Part shown: positions 37,088 through 47,114 of the stretch, in pieces
Layout: each line of letters opens with the position of its first letter
Numbering within the stretch: position 1 is the first letter of the stretch
NCBI GenBank assembly: GCA_964654445.1
Contig: CAZZIS010000004.1
Coordinates: forward strand, 2,898 to 66,897
Direction of reading: 5' to 3'
Length of the DNA: 64,000 nucleotides
Source of the DNA: an uncultured Thioalkalispiraceae bacterium
GTDB lineage: Bacteria > Pseudomonadota > Gammaproteobacteria > UBA6429 > Thiohalophilaceae
Position numbers and translations under genes: made by a program
Notes under the pieces: generated by a model
Told to the model about the DNA's origin: nothing
The model's input: only the letters and a program-made list of their open reading frames with translations
Database searches by the model: none

Positions 37088-37267
37088 TTATTCGCCTTTA
37101 GTTTCGATAACTTTTTTACCGCGGTAAAAACCATCAGCAGTAACGTGATGACGTAAGTGTGTTTCACCTGAAGTAGAATCAATTGACAATGTGCTACCAG
37201 TCAATGCGTCATGTGAACGACGCATACCGCGACGTGAAGGAGTTACTTTGTTTTTTTGTACAGCCAT
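37088..37267 (-). CDS. rpmF: 50S ribosomal protein L32
   Basis: Below the ORF-track size cut-off. My translation is [59 protein letters not shown] (59 aa). Confidence 0.95.
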   Translation of the reverse strand: MAVQKNKVTPSRRGMRRSHDALTGSTLSIDSTSGETHLRHHVTADGFYRGKKVIETKGE

Positions 37268-37281
37268 GATAAAGCCTCGTA

Positions 37282-37827
37282 TTACTTATCTGTCTTTAAA
37301 CTTGCAAGAATATCAAACGGGTTTTCCTGTTTAACATCCTCAGTATTTGTTTCATTTACTTGCTGGCTGCTCCCGTCATCTACCAAATTATCTGAAGAAC
37401 AACTTTCATCCAGATGTTTAGGTATTGGTGGTAAAGCCAGGAGTATTTCATCCTCAATAATATCCGATAACATCATCGACGTATTATCTATCAGAGTTGC
37501 CTCATATCCTTCAGGTAACCTTTCCATTTCAGCTTCAGATCGAACAAAAGCAAGCTGAAAGTCGAGTGCAATGGGAAGATCCATTTCTCCCATACAGCGT
37601 TGGCAAATGAGTTTAGCGTCCGTTTTAATTTGCCCTGTTAAAATAACAACACGGTTCATATCAACTGAAAACTCTACATCAATAAATACATCACCCTCAT
37701 CGGAAGAAAGCGCATTAATAAGACGCTTCATCTGCTTAAGGGGAATTGCGCCCTGTAGGTGTTCTTCTCTCGTCGCAAGACGTAAAGGATCCACTTCCAG
37801 TGGTAGTCGTTGATGCTGCCCTGACAT
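37282..37827 (-). CDS. yceD: YceD (DUF177) large-ribosomal-RNA accumulation protein
   Basis: 181 aa. CQRC...(D/E)-rich C-terminus, and a conserved position immediately upstream of rpmF. Confidence 0.85.
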   Translation of the reverse strand: MSGQHQRLPLEVDPLRLATREEHLQGAIPLKQMKRLINALSSDEGDVFIDVEFSVDMNRVVILTGQIKTDAKLICQRCMGEMDLPIALDFQLAFVRSEAEMERLPEGYEATLIDNTSMMLSDIIEDEILLALPPIPKHLDESCSSDNLVDDGSSQQVNETNTEDVKQENPFDILASLKTDK

Positions 37828-38043
37828 AGGCCGCGGATTGTATCGGGGTGATACTCTCCTGTCAAAAATATGTGTTAAAAAACCCTTAATAATCCGCCTG
37901 TTCCGTGATTTATGTCTAAATTTTAACCAGACTATAATTAATAGCTAACTTGACAGCGGGGCACGTTTTTCATACATAGGTATTAGGATTTAAACACGCA
38001 AAATTACAGCCAAATCCCACAATCATAGAAGGGCTAATTAATA

Positions 38044-39462
38044 ATGATAAAAAAGCTGCTAATCGCCAATCGAGGAGAAATTGCCGTTCGCATAGTACGT
38101 GCTTGTGCGGAAATGGGAATTAAATCGGTTGCAGTTTACGCAGAGGCTGATCGCTACGCTTTACATGTCAAAAAGGCTGATGAAGCCTATAGTTTAGGGC
38201 CAGATACGGTTGCGGGTTACCTTAATGCTCACCATTTAGTCAATATTGCAGTTGCTACTGGTTGTGATGCCGTACATCCAGGGTATGGATTTCTCTCTGA
38301 GAACCCGGAATTAGCAGAAACCTGTAAGCGGCGAGGTATTTACTTTGTTGGGCCTGATGCTGAAACAATTCATAAATTAGGTGACAAAACCATCGCTCGC
38401 CAGACCATGACTTCTGCTGGAATTCCCGTGACACCGGGTAGTAATGATAATGTCGCCAATCTTAACGAAGCAAAAGATATAGCGAGTCAAATTGGCTATC
38501 CAGTGATGCTTAAAGCGACGTCAGGTGGTGGTGGCCGTGGTATTCGGCGTTGTGATACAGAAATTGAATTGACCCGTAACTATCCTCGAGTCATCTCAGA
38601 AGCCGAAAAAGCCTTTGGCAGTGCTGAAGTTTTTATTGAAAAATTTATTGCTGATCCTCGTCATATTGAGGTTCAGGTACTTGCGGATCATCATGGTAAT
38701 GCCATTCACCTGTTTGAACGCGACTGCTCTATCCAGCGTCGCCACCAAAAACTGATTGAAATAGCCCCTTCTCCTCAATTAACTGACGAGCAACGTAATT
38801 ATATTGGTGAGCTTGCGGTTAAAGCTTGTATGGCATCCGGTTACAAAAATGCTGGCACAGTTGAGTTTTTACTCGACGAGAATGACAACTTCTTTTTTAT
38901 GGAAATGAACACCCGATTACAGGTTGAACACACCATTACTGAAGAAATTACCGGCATTGATATTGTGCAAGAACAAATTCGTATCGCATCCGGTTTAAAA
39001 CTGCGTTATCAGCAAACCGATATTACTTGCCGTGGTTTTGCCATGGAATTTCGCATTAATGCCGAAGATCCAAAAAATGATTTTCTCCCCAGCTTTGGCA
39101 AAATTACCCGTTACTTTGCCGCCGGCGGACCAGGTGTCCGTACCGATGGTGCTATTTATAGTGGTTATATTATTCCACCCTACTACGATTCCATGTGTGC
39201 CAAGTTAATAGTCTGGGCAATGGACTGGGATTCATTGATTGATCGTTCACGTCGCGCCCTGAGAGACATAACTCTTTACGGAGTGAAAACAACAATACCA
39301 TATTATATAGAAATTTTAGCCTCGGCTGATTTTCAAACAGGCAAGTTCAATACCAGTTTCGTTGAAAAACATCCTGAGCTTACCAACTATTCTGTTAAAC
39401 GTTCTTCACGAGAAGTAGCGGCAGCCATTGCCGCAGCACTTGCTGCAAACGCAGGCATATAA
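38044..39462 (+). CDS. pycA: biotin carboxylase subunit (pyruvate carboxylase subunit A / AccC-like)
   Basis: 472 aa. MIKKLLIANRGEIAVRIVRAC, ATP-grasp GGGGRGIR and EMNTRLQVEH. Paired with a carboxyltransferase-biotinyl subunit rather than accB. Confidence 0.8.
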   Translation: MIKKLLIANRGEIAVRIVRACAEMGIKSVAVYAEADRYALHVKKADEAYSLGPDTVAGYLNAHHLVNIAVATGCDAVHPGYGFLSENPELAETCKRRGIYFVGPDAETIHKLGDKTIARQTMTSAGIPVTPGSNDNVANLNEAKDIASQIGYPVMLKATSGGGGRGIRRCDTEIELTRNYPRVISEAEKAFGSAEVFIEKFIADPRHIEVQVLADHHGNAIHLFERDCSIQRRHQKLIEIAPSPQLTDEQRNYIGELAVKACMASGYKNAGTVEFLLDENDNFFFMEMNTRLQVEHTITEEITGIDIVQEQIRIASGLKLRYQQTDITCRGFAMEFRINAEDPKNDFLPSFGKITRYFAAGGPGVRTDGAIYSGYIIPPYYDSMCAKLIVWAMDWDSLIDRSRRALRDITLYGVKTTIPYYIEILASADFQTGKFNTSFVEKHPELTNYSVKRSSREVAAAIAAALAANAGI

Positions 39463-39480
39463 ACTTAAGGATTAGATTCG

Positions 39481-41298
39481 ATGTCAAAGGTCAATATAAC
39501 CGATACAATTTTACGAGATGCGCATCAGTCATTGATCGCAACACGTATGCGAACAGAAGATATGTTACCTGTTTGTGAACGGCTCGATAAAATTGGTTAC
39601 TGGTCGCTTGAAGTATGGGGTGGCGCGACATTTGATGCCTGTGTTCGATTTTTAAAAGAAGATCCATGGGAAAGGTTACGCTTACTTAGAGAAGCCTTGC
39701 CGAACACTCGTTTACAAATGTTACTAAGAGGACAAAATCTCTTAGGTTATCGTCACTATGCAGATGACGTTGTACGAGCTTTTGTCAAACAATCTGCAGA
39801 AAACGGTATTGATGTATTTCGTGTTTTTGATGCGATGAATGATTTGCGTAATTTACAAACATCAATTAAAGCGGTTAAAGATTCAAACAAACATGCACAA
39901 GGTGCGCTGTGTTATACCACCAGTCCTGATCACAACCTGCAATACTTTATTAGTTTAGGTCGTGAGTTGGAAAAAATGGGTTGTGACAGTATTGTAATTA
40001 AAGACATGGCTGGTTTACTCACACCCAACATTACTGCAGGGTTGGTTAAAGCACTGGTTGAACAAGTTAGCATTCCGGTTCACCTTCACTCACATGCAAC
40101 AGCCGGACTTGCCAGTATGTGTCAGTATAAAGCGGTCGAAAATGGTGCTTTTGGTATTGATACTGCGATATCGTCTTTTTCAGAAGGTACCAGTCATCCC
40201 CCCACAGAAAGTATGGTAGCCGCATTTAAAGATACCGAATTTGATAGTGGGCTGGATCTTGTTGCATTACAGGACATTGGTTTTTACTTTTATGACATCA
40301 GAAAAAAATATCATCAGTTTGAAAGTGAGTTCACCGGTTTAGATACCCGCGTACAGGTTAACCAGGTTCCTGGCGGTATGATTTCTAACTTATCCAACCA
40401 GCTTAAAGAACAAGGTGCCCTGTCGCGTATGAATGAAGTGTTAAAGGAAATTCCTGTAGTTCGTAAAGAATTAGGTTACCCTCCCCTTGTGACACCGACT
40501 TCACAGATTGTTGGCACACAAGCCGTATTAAATGTGCTTGGTGGTGAACGTTATAAAACCATTACCAATGAAGTTAAACTTTATTTACAGGGTAAGTACG
40601 GTAAAGCACCCGGTAAAATCAGCCCTCAGGTGCAACATATGGCAATAGGTAATGAAGACGTAATTGATTGTCGCCCGGCTGACTTATTAGAAGATGAAAT
40701 GGATAAATTACGTAAAGAAATTGGTTCACTCGCACATAATGAAAATGATGTTTTAACCTACGCCATGTTCCCTGATATTGGTCGAACATTCCTGGATGAG
40801 AGAGATAAAGGAAAATTAATTCCTGAAGCTCTTGAACCGGCAAACATGGATAGCGATGGTCATCAAGCTGCGACAGAATTTAATGTCACTATTCATGGTG
40901 AAACTTATCACATAGGCTTAACCGGTGCTGGTCATAGAACTCAGGATATGCGCCCTTATTATTTAAGTATTGATGGCGTTCCTGAAGAGATTATGGTTGA
41001 AACATTAACTGAACTTGAAGACACAGACGGCACTCCGAGAAAAACTTCAACAACAGGAAAACGCCCTCGTGCAACTGAGCCAGGCCATGTCACAACATCC
41101 ATGCCAGGTGTTATTGTTGAAGTATTGGTTAATATCGGTGATGAAATAAAAGCAGGTGATCCGGTATTAATTACTGAAGCCATGAAAATGGAAACTGAAA
41201 TACAGGCCGCAGTTTCAGGGACTGTAAAGGTAATTCATGTTGTTAAAGGTGATAGTGTCACACCCGATGAAACTTTAGTAGAAATTCAATCAGGTTAG
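39481..41298 (+). CDS. pycB: pyruvate carboxylase subunit B (carboxyltransferase plus biotinyl domain; OadA-like)
   Basis: 605 aa. ITDTILRDAHQSL HMGL-like TIM barrel and a C-terminal biotinyl-lysine motif ITEAMKMETEI. No oadB or oadG is adjacent, which favours pyruvate carboxylase over oxaloacetate decarboxylase. Confidence 0.78.
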   Translation: MSKVNITDTILRDAHQSLIATRMRTEDMLPVCERLDKIGYWSLEVWGGATFDACVRFLKEDPWERLRLLREALPNTRLQMLLRGQNLLGYRHYADDVVRAFVKQSAENGIDVFRVFDAMNDLRNLQTSIKAVKDSNKHAQGALCYTTSPDHNLQYFISLGRELEKMGCDSIVIKDMAGLLTPNITAGLVKALVEQVSIPVHLHSHATAGLASMCQYKAVENGAFGIDTAISSFSEGTSHPPTESMVAAFKDTEFDSGLDLVALQDIGFYFYDIRKKYHQFESEFTGLDTRVQVNQVPGGMISNLSNQLKEQGALSRMNEVLKEIPVVRKELGYPPLVTPTSQIVGTQAVLNVLGGERYKTITNEVKLYLQGKYGKAPGKISPQVQHMAIGNEDVIDCRPADLLEDEMDKLRKEIGSLAHNENDVLTYAMFPDIGRTFLDERDKGKLIPEALEPANMDSDGHQAATEFNVTIHGETYHIGLTGAGHRTQDMRPYYLSIDGVPEEIMVETLTELEDTDGTPRKTSTTGKRPRATEPGHVTTSMPGVIVEVLVNIGDEIKAGDPVLITEAMKMETEIQAAVSGTVKVIHVVKGDSVTPDETLVEIQSG

Positions 41299-41434
41299 CC
41301 ACGAAGAAAACCAAAAATATAAAATATTTAACCACTGGGGCATCGGGCTCGCTGGGAAAATAGTTTTCTTTCCCTGTGTCCCCGTGGTTTATTTTTACTT
41401 TTCTTTTCTTCGTATTTTTTGTGTCCTTGGTGGC
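41298..41434. repeat. MITE/REP-like element, copy 2 (137 bp), in inverted orientation relative to copy 1
   Basis: It starts at the G of the pycB TAG stop with GCCACGAAGAAAACC and ends GTGTCCTTGGTGGC. The reverse complement of its right end (GCCACCAAGGACACAAAAAATACGAAGAAAAGAAAAG) matches the left end of copy 1 (GCCACGAAGGACACAAAGAACACGAAGAAAAGAAAAG). It has an internal inverted pair ccactggggcatcggg / ccctgtgtccccgtgg. Confidence 0.8.
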
Positions 41435-41453
41435 TATTCTTTATAATACAGAT

Positions 41454-42029
41454 ATGAAAATTATTCTCGCCTCAACCTCTCCTTTTCGAAAGGCCATTTT
41501 AGATAAACTCGGCATCGATTTTGATATTGCTGCACCTGAAACTGATGAAACACCATTAGAAAATGAAACACCGCAACAGCTGGTTGAACGTTTATCGATC
41601 GCCAAAGCCAAAGCAATAGCGGACAAAACAGAGAATGCATTAGTGATTGGTTCTGATCAGGTTTCAGTAATAAATGGTGAAATTATTGGCAAACCCCATA
41701 CTCATGAGAAGGCTGTAAAACAATTACTAAATGCATCAGGAAAGACTGTCACTTTTTACACTGGACTTTGTTTGTATAATTCCTCAACTCATCAATATCA
41801 GTCCGAAGTTGTCCCCTTTAATGTTGTCTTTCGCTCACTTGAAGAAAAACAAATTGAAAATTATTTAAAAAAAGAAAAACCTTACAATTGCGCAGGGAGT
41901 TTTAAATCTGAAGCGCTGGGTATTGTTTTATTTGAAAAACTTGTGGGTGATGATCCAAATACATTAATGGGGCTTCCATTAATACGTTTAGTTAAGATGC
42001 TAGAACAAGAGGATTTTTCAATTTTGTAA
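41454..42029 (+). CDS. maf: Maf-family nucleoside-triphosphate pyrophosphatase (YceF-like)
   Basis: MKIILASTSPFRKAILDKLGIDFDIAAPETDETP matches the YceF N-terminus (..LILASTSPWRRALLEKL..). The 26 codons upstream in the track ORF lie inside the repeat element and are spurious. Confidence 0.88.
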   Translation: MKIILASTSPFRKAILDKLGIDFDIAAPETDETPLENETPQQLVERLSIAKAKAIADKTENALVIGSDQVSVINGEIIGKPHTHEKAVKQLLNASGKTVTFYTGLCLYNSSTHQYQSEVVPFNVVFRSLEEKQIENYLKKEKPYNCAGSFKSEALGIVLFEKLVGDDPNTLMGLPLIRLVKMLEQEDFSIL

Positions 42030-42195
42030 TTTTAATACTGTATTTTTTTCACGGATTTGCACAGATATCGCTTCTGTCTGATGATATACGTGACGTATCA
42101 CCCAGTTTATATAAATACTTATAAAACAAAGACAATAGCTTGTGCTTTGAGATAAGATACTAAGGTATTCATCATATTTATAAGAAAACCTGCAT

Positions 42196-45096
42196 ATGTT
42201 TAAGTGGCTTGTCACTACAATAATAATTTGTTCAATATCAGTCGTCTCTCATGCAAATGTTTTCCATGACAGTAACCTCAACTGGAAGACGATAGAAACT
42301 GAACATTATTACCTGCATTTTCATGATGGTGAAGAATCTATTGTACGTAAATTTCTTCCTGTGGCTAATCATATTCATAATCAGGTGACTGATTTTCTAC
42401 AATGGGTACCAAAAGACAAAACGCATGTTGTGTTTACCGATGAGTTTGATTTATCGAATGGTTTTGCAACAGTTTTTCCACGTACCAATACTCATATATT
42501 TTTATCCTCACCCGATGATATTAATTCTTTAGAAGATAATGACGGATGGCTTGAGCTGGTTTTTCGTCATGAATACTTACATATTGTACATTTAGACAAG
42601 GCACGTGGAGCGCCTTTAACCGTTCGTAAAATTTTAGGACGACATCCTTTTTATATACCCACAACATTCCCGAATGCTTATCAACCAAACTGGTACATTG
42701 AAGGTCTGGCAACTTATTATGAAACGGATAATGAGCGAGGAATCGGACGAGGACAAAGCTCTTATTACAACATGTTAATGCGCATGGAACTGCTTGGCGG
42801 ATTGAAGAAAGTCAGACAAATAAATCAACCGATTGGAACGTGGCCAGCTGGTGCAATACCCTATTTATATGGTGTAAATCATTATCAATTCATTCAGGAA
42901 AAGTATGGTGAAACTAAAATTCAGGCATTAGTAGAAGGTCTGTCTGACAACGTAATACCTTATCGTATTGATTCAAACACCCAGAATGTATTTAACAAAA
43001 ATCTCGATTTATTGTGGTTTGAATTTAAAAAATATTTGCATGAAAAACATGATCCTCTGATAGCTAAAATCAAGTCAGAAGGAGTGCGTGAAGGAAAGGC
43101 ATTAAGCAGACATGGTTATGAGGCAAAATCATTACAGGCAATTAATGATAAGGCATTTTACATTTCCTTTAATGGGCGTAGTCATCATGTCTTGATGCGC
43201 TCCCAGGCAGGAAAACCGGCCAAGGTACTTCGCGAGATTAATTTTGGTGCGAGGCTAAGTATCCATAAAGATAAAGGCATTTTAATTACTCAGCCCGAAC
43301 GATGTCGTAATGCACGAGTTTACTATGACATTTATAAAACAAATTTTGATGGTGGAGAATACACACGTCTGACTCATTGTGCTCGTTACCGCTTTGCAAC
43401 CTGGACAAATAATGCAGATACAATTGTTGCAGTACATAACGAGTTAGGTATAAATAGTCTGCATTTACTTGATGGGAATGCTAAGTTCATTAAAAAATTA
43501 TGGCAAGGTGATCGTGGTGAACAAATTAGTCATTTAACTTTTTCACCAACTGAAAATAATATTATTGCCAGTGTATGGCGTAAGGATCTCGGTTGGAATT
43601 TAGAAAAATTTGATTTGTCAGAAAATACCTGGACAGCAGTAACCCGCGATAATTTTATACAATCACAACCTCATTATTTAGATGACGGTAAGTCTATTGT
43701 CTATACATCAGACGATAATGGTATTTACAACATTTATAAGATGAATCTTAAAAGCAAAAAAAGAACAAAATTAACTAACGTCATTGGTGGTGCTTTTAGT
43801 CCGGCTTTAACCAGCAAAGGATTGTTCTATCTTGGTTATCGCTCGCAAGGCTATGATTTATTTTATATGCCGTCAGTTAAAGAGACTAAAGTTACACGAA
43901 TTAATAAAAGCCGGATAACAAAAAAAATAAAATCATCTTCACGTTATCTCAGGTTGAAAAAAGAAAAAAGAAAAACCTCGGAACTTAAACAGGATGAAAA
44001 TTTAGTCGCTCAGGATTATTCTCCATGGTCCAGCATGACACCAACATGGTGGTTACCTTCATTCATAATTGATGATCAACGTACTGAGCTTGGTTTCCAG
44101 ACTTTTAATAATGATGCTTTATACCGACATACCTATGCATTATCTCTACGTTATGACTTTAGTAAAAACTGGTTAAATGGCTCTGTTAATTATTTATATG
44201 ATGGGTTCTGGCCAATATTCCATTTAGGTATGTCACGTAATTCCAATATTTTCCTGAATTCGAATAACAAAACACAACGTATTCGTGCAGACGATCAAGC
44301 TATAATGGAAGTCATCACTCCATTCACGACACTAGATAGTGTTTTTACTATTAATGCTGCAGCATTAACAACAAGAGAAAGTGATCGTTGGTTGAAGACG
44401 GGTGTCTCGCCGGCATCAAGTAGCCGTGAAGATGTGGCTGCACTCGGTTTTAGATACTCATCTGCAGCACGATACCCTCTTTCGGTCAGTCGCAGTGGCG
44501 GACGCGCAGTAAGCATGGTTTATGAAGATAGTGATGCTATCGGTAACAGTGATCGTAAAGGTCAGGTCACAGTGGCTGAATGGCGTGAGTTTATTCATCT
44601 GGGTCGGGAACATGTATTGGCGTTTCGTGTAGTGAACGGTCTGGGAAAAAATAATCCTAAACCATTTCGTCTGGGTGGAATACAGGATTTTTATACTGAC
44701 TATAGTTTGTTAATTACATCACCTCGTCCGCTGTTTAATAAACGTAATTATTCCTTACGTGGTTATAATGAAGGTCAAAATCAGCTTGTTGGGAAAAATA
44801 TGCGTTTATTATCGCTGGAATACCGTTTCCCGATTGCACGAATAGAGCATGGCTGGATGGTTCCTCCTTTTGGTTTTAATCAAATTCATGGAACTGTATT
44901 TTATGATACAGGTGGTGTCTGGGATGATAATAGATCGAGTCCGAGCAAGTACTATGGCAGTCTTGGTACTGAAGTAAACACTGATCTGGATCTTTTTTAC
45001 AGTCTTCGTTTACACCTGACATTAGGTTTTGCCAAAGGACTTGATCCTGATATTGGGGAGAATAAAATCTATTTACGTATTGGTCACCAATTCTAA
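42196..45096 (+). CDS. large outer-membrane protein: signal peptide, HExxH metallopeptidase-like region, TolB/PD40-like beta-propeller repeats and a C-terminal Omp85/surface-antigen-like barrel
   Basis: 966 aa. Signal peptide MFKWLVTTIIICSISVVSHA. FRHEYLHIVH (H-E-x-x-H) lies at about aa 125. PD40-like repeats include PHYLDDGKSIVYTSDDNGIYNIYKMNL and GGAFSPALTSKGLFY. The C-terminal strands end ...YLRIGHQF. Domain calls are by eye only. Confidence 0.55.
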   Translation: MFKWLVTTIIICSISVVSHANVFHDSNLNWKTIETEHYYLHFHDGEESIVRKFLPVANHIHNQVTDFLQWVPKDKTHVVFTDEFDLSNGFATVFPRTNTHIFLSSPDDINSLEDNDGWLELVFRHEYLHIVHLDKARGAPLTVRKILGRHPFYIPTTFPNAYQPNWYIEGLATYYETDNERGIGRGQSSYYNMLMRMELLGGLKKVRQINQPIGTWPAGAIPYLYGVNHYQFIQEKYGETKIQALVEGLSDNVIPYRIDSNTQNVFNKNLDLLWFEFKKYLHEKHDPLIAKIKSEGVREGKALSRHGYEAKSLQAINDKAFYISFNGRSHHVLMRSQAGKPAKVLREINFGARLSIHKDKGILITQPERCRNARVYYDIYKTNFDGGEYTRLTHCARYRFATWTNNADTIVAVHNELGINSLHLLDGNAKFIKKLWQGDRGEQISHLTFSPTENNIIASVWRKDLGWNLEKFDLSENTWTAVTRDNFIQSQPHYLDDGKSIVYTSDDNGIYNIYKMNLKSKKRTKLTNVIGGAFSPALTSKGLFYLGYRSQGYDLFYMPSVKETKVTRINKSRITKKIKSSSRYLRLKKEKRKTSELKQDENLVAQDYSPWSSMTPTWWLPSFIIDDQRTELGFQTFNNDALYRHTYALSLRYDFSKNWLNGSVNYLYDGFWPIFHLGMSRNSNIFLNSNNKTQRIRADDQAIMEVITPFTTLDSVFTINAAALTTRESDRWLKTGVSPASSSREDVAALGFRYSSAARYPLSVSRSGGRAVSMVYEDSDAIGNSDRKGQVTVAEWREFIHLGREHVLAFRVVNGLGKNNPKPFRLGGIQDFYTDYSLLITSPRPLFNKRNYSLRGYNEGQNQLVGKNMRLLSLEYRFPIARIEHGWMVPPFGFNQIHGTVFYDTGGVWDDNRSSPSKYYGSLGTEVNTDLDLFYSLRLHLTLGFAKGLDPDIGENKIYLRIGHQF

Positions 45097-45117
45097 ATTA
45101 TATATTCTATATATATT

Positions 45118-45945
45118 TTAAAAAGTATAATTACCTGATAGTGATATATAGTTATTCTGATCTGCTGGTGTGTCAAGATACTCGCCGTATAAAACACTTA
45201 AACCCCAGGCATCAGAAATGTAATAATCAAGAACCGTGTAAACATAATTGCTTGATGAATTATCTATCGCAGAAATACTTTTGTTTTTACCTAAAGATAT
45301 AGAGAACGATTGAAAATCCAAACCTGTTTCCACATTGTATGATTTCTTAAGCAAACCTGATGAAAGTAATAATGTTGTTTCATTAAAATATCGAGTGCTG
45401 TCGATTCTAGCTAATGTACTTACATCATGTGAGTAAGCATAAGAATAAGCACTGCCACTTAAACGAAAGTGCTTACCTAAATATAATCCTGACTTAATAC
45501 CTAAAGCAGTACTTGAAATAATAATGTGCTCATTTGATAATTTGGTTAAATTAATTATTCTTAAACCAGGCACCAGAGCAATAAAATAGCTATTTTGACT
45601 GTATCGGATGGATGCGCTTGTTGAAAGCATGGTAAAAGCATCCCTTAAACCAGAAAATTCCAACATTCCTGTTAGCTTCCAGTCATCACTGTATTTTTTT
45701 GATAGTCCTACAAAAGACAAACTGTTTTCTATTATTTCTGAGCCCGAAGGTATTTTGCTTTTACCAAAACCAAAGAAAAGGTGTTTTGATTTACCCAGTT
45801 CCATATCAACGCTGAGCATGGAATTGGTATTATTTTGCTCATCTTTACCGAGATCAATACTGATGCTCGTATTTCGTGACTCAGCAAAAACACTCGAATG
45901 AATCAATGTATAACCAAGTACAATAAATATGAGCTTTTTTAACAC
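45118..45945 (-). CDS. hypothetical outer-membrane beta-barrel protein
   Basis: 275 aa. Signal peptide MLKKLIFIVLGYTLIHSSVFA, alternating-polarity strands throughout, and a C-terminal ...SLSGNYTF aromatic terminus. Confidence 0.6.
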   Translation of the reverse strand: MLKKLIFIVLGYTLIHSSVFAESRNTSISIDLGKDEQNNTNSMLSVDMELGKSKHLFFGFGKSKIPSGSEIIENSLSFVGLSKKYSDDWKLTGMLEFSGLRDAFTMLSTSASIRYSQNSYFIALVPGLRIINLTKLSNEHIIISSTALGIKSGLYLGKHFRLSGSAYSYAYSHDVSTLARIDSTRYFNETTLLLSSGLLKKSYNVETGLDFQSFSISLGKNKSISAIDNSSSNYVYTVLDYYISDAWGLSVLYGEYLDTPADQNNYISLSGNYTF

Positions 45946-46114
45946 TTTATTCTCCTGAAATCTTCATCCATTATTAAACATTTTATCGCAAATACAAAAT
46001 TTGTGTATGGATTGAAAAAGAATCTAACAATTATATTAATAAATTGAGAATGGATAGACATAACTCAGTCTATATAATTAAGGAAAATCAGAGAGTAAAC
46101 TAATTAGTTTGTTT

Positions 46115-46139
46115 AAAAGGGAGTTTCAAACTCCCTTTT
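46115..46139 (-). terminator. rho-independent terminator after sppA (AAAAGGGAGT-TTCAA-ACTCCCTTTT)
   Basis: 10-bp perfect stem flanked by A/T runs on both sides, 7 nt downstream of the sppA stop. Confidence 0.7.
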
Positions 46140-46145
46140 AATATT

Positions 46146-47090
46146 TTATTGAATATTGAATTTACGTTCAAAAATGCTGGCCATGGCAACGCCTAAACGA
46201 TCAGCAAAACGATCTAAATAGTTAGGACGTGGTGTGTAATCAATAATTTTTTCTGCTTCAATAATTTCCCGAGCAACAAAACTACTACTACCTAATCCAT
46301 CAGTTAAGCCCAATGCTACACTTTCTTCTCCAGTCCATATTAAACCGGTGAATAATTTATCATTATCAGCCAGACGTTTACCACGCCCTTCTTTAACAGT
46401 GTCAATGAACTGTTTATGTATAGTGCCTAATAATGACTGAATATGTTGTTGGTCAGACTTTTTAACTTCGGAAAAAGGATCCAGAAAACCTTTACTTGTT
46501 CCTGCAGTATATAAACGACGTTCTACACCCAGTTTTTTCATTGCTTTGGTGAAACCAAAACCGTTCATTAATACACCAATTGAGCCAACTATACTGGCTT
46601 TATCTGCATAAATTTCATCTGCCGCGACAGCGATATAATATCCACCTGATGCGCACATGTCAGAAATGACTGCATAAACCTTTTTCTCTTTATGTTTTTT
46701 ACGTAAGCGTTTGATTTCATCATAAACATAACCCGCCTGAACCGGACTGCCACCTGGACTATTGATGCGCAAAATAATAGCTTTAGCTTTCGGTTCTTTG
46801 AAAGCAGCACGTAAGCCCTGAATAATATTATCTGCGCTGGCATCTGCTCCATCAGCAATCACCCCTTGTATTTCGACCAGAGCGGTATGTTCAGTTGCTT
46901 TACCCAGCTTACTCGTACCATCGGATGATGAAGTCGCAGTAATAAACAGAACCAGTAAATAAATAAAGAAAAGCGCTTTAAAGAAAATGCTCCATTTACG
47001 AGTACGGCGCTGTTCGTTTACCGCAGCAAATGCAAGTTTGCTGATAACATCTGCCTGCCATTCTTCTTTATTTTTAATTTCATCAGTCAT
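46146..47090 (-). CDS. sppA: signal peptide peptidase SppA, 36K type (S49 family)
   Basis: 314 aa. N-terminal TM helix, INSPGGS, and the MCASGGYYIA Ser-nucleophile region. Confidence 0.85.
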   Translation of the reverse strand: MTDEIKNKEEWQADVISKLAFAAVNEQRRTRKWSIFFKALFFIYLLVLFITATSSSDGTSKLGKATEHTALVEIQGVIADGADASADNIIQGLRAAFKEPKAKAIILRINSPGGSPVQAGYVYDEIKRLRKKHKEKKVYAVISDMCASGGYYIAVAADEIYADKASIVGSIGVLMNGFGFTKAMKKLGVERRLYTAGTSKGFLDPFSEVKKSDQQHIQSLLGTIHKQFIDTVKEGRGKRLADNDKLFTGLIWTGEESVALGLTDGLGSSSFVAREIIEAEKIIDYTPRPNYLDRFADRLGVAMASIFERKFNIQ

Positions 47091-47114
47091 GATGGATTTC
47101 TTCCTTTAAAATTC

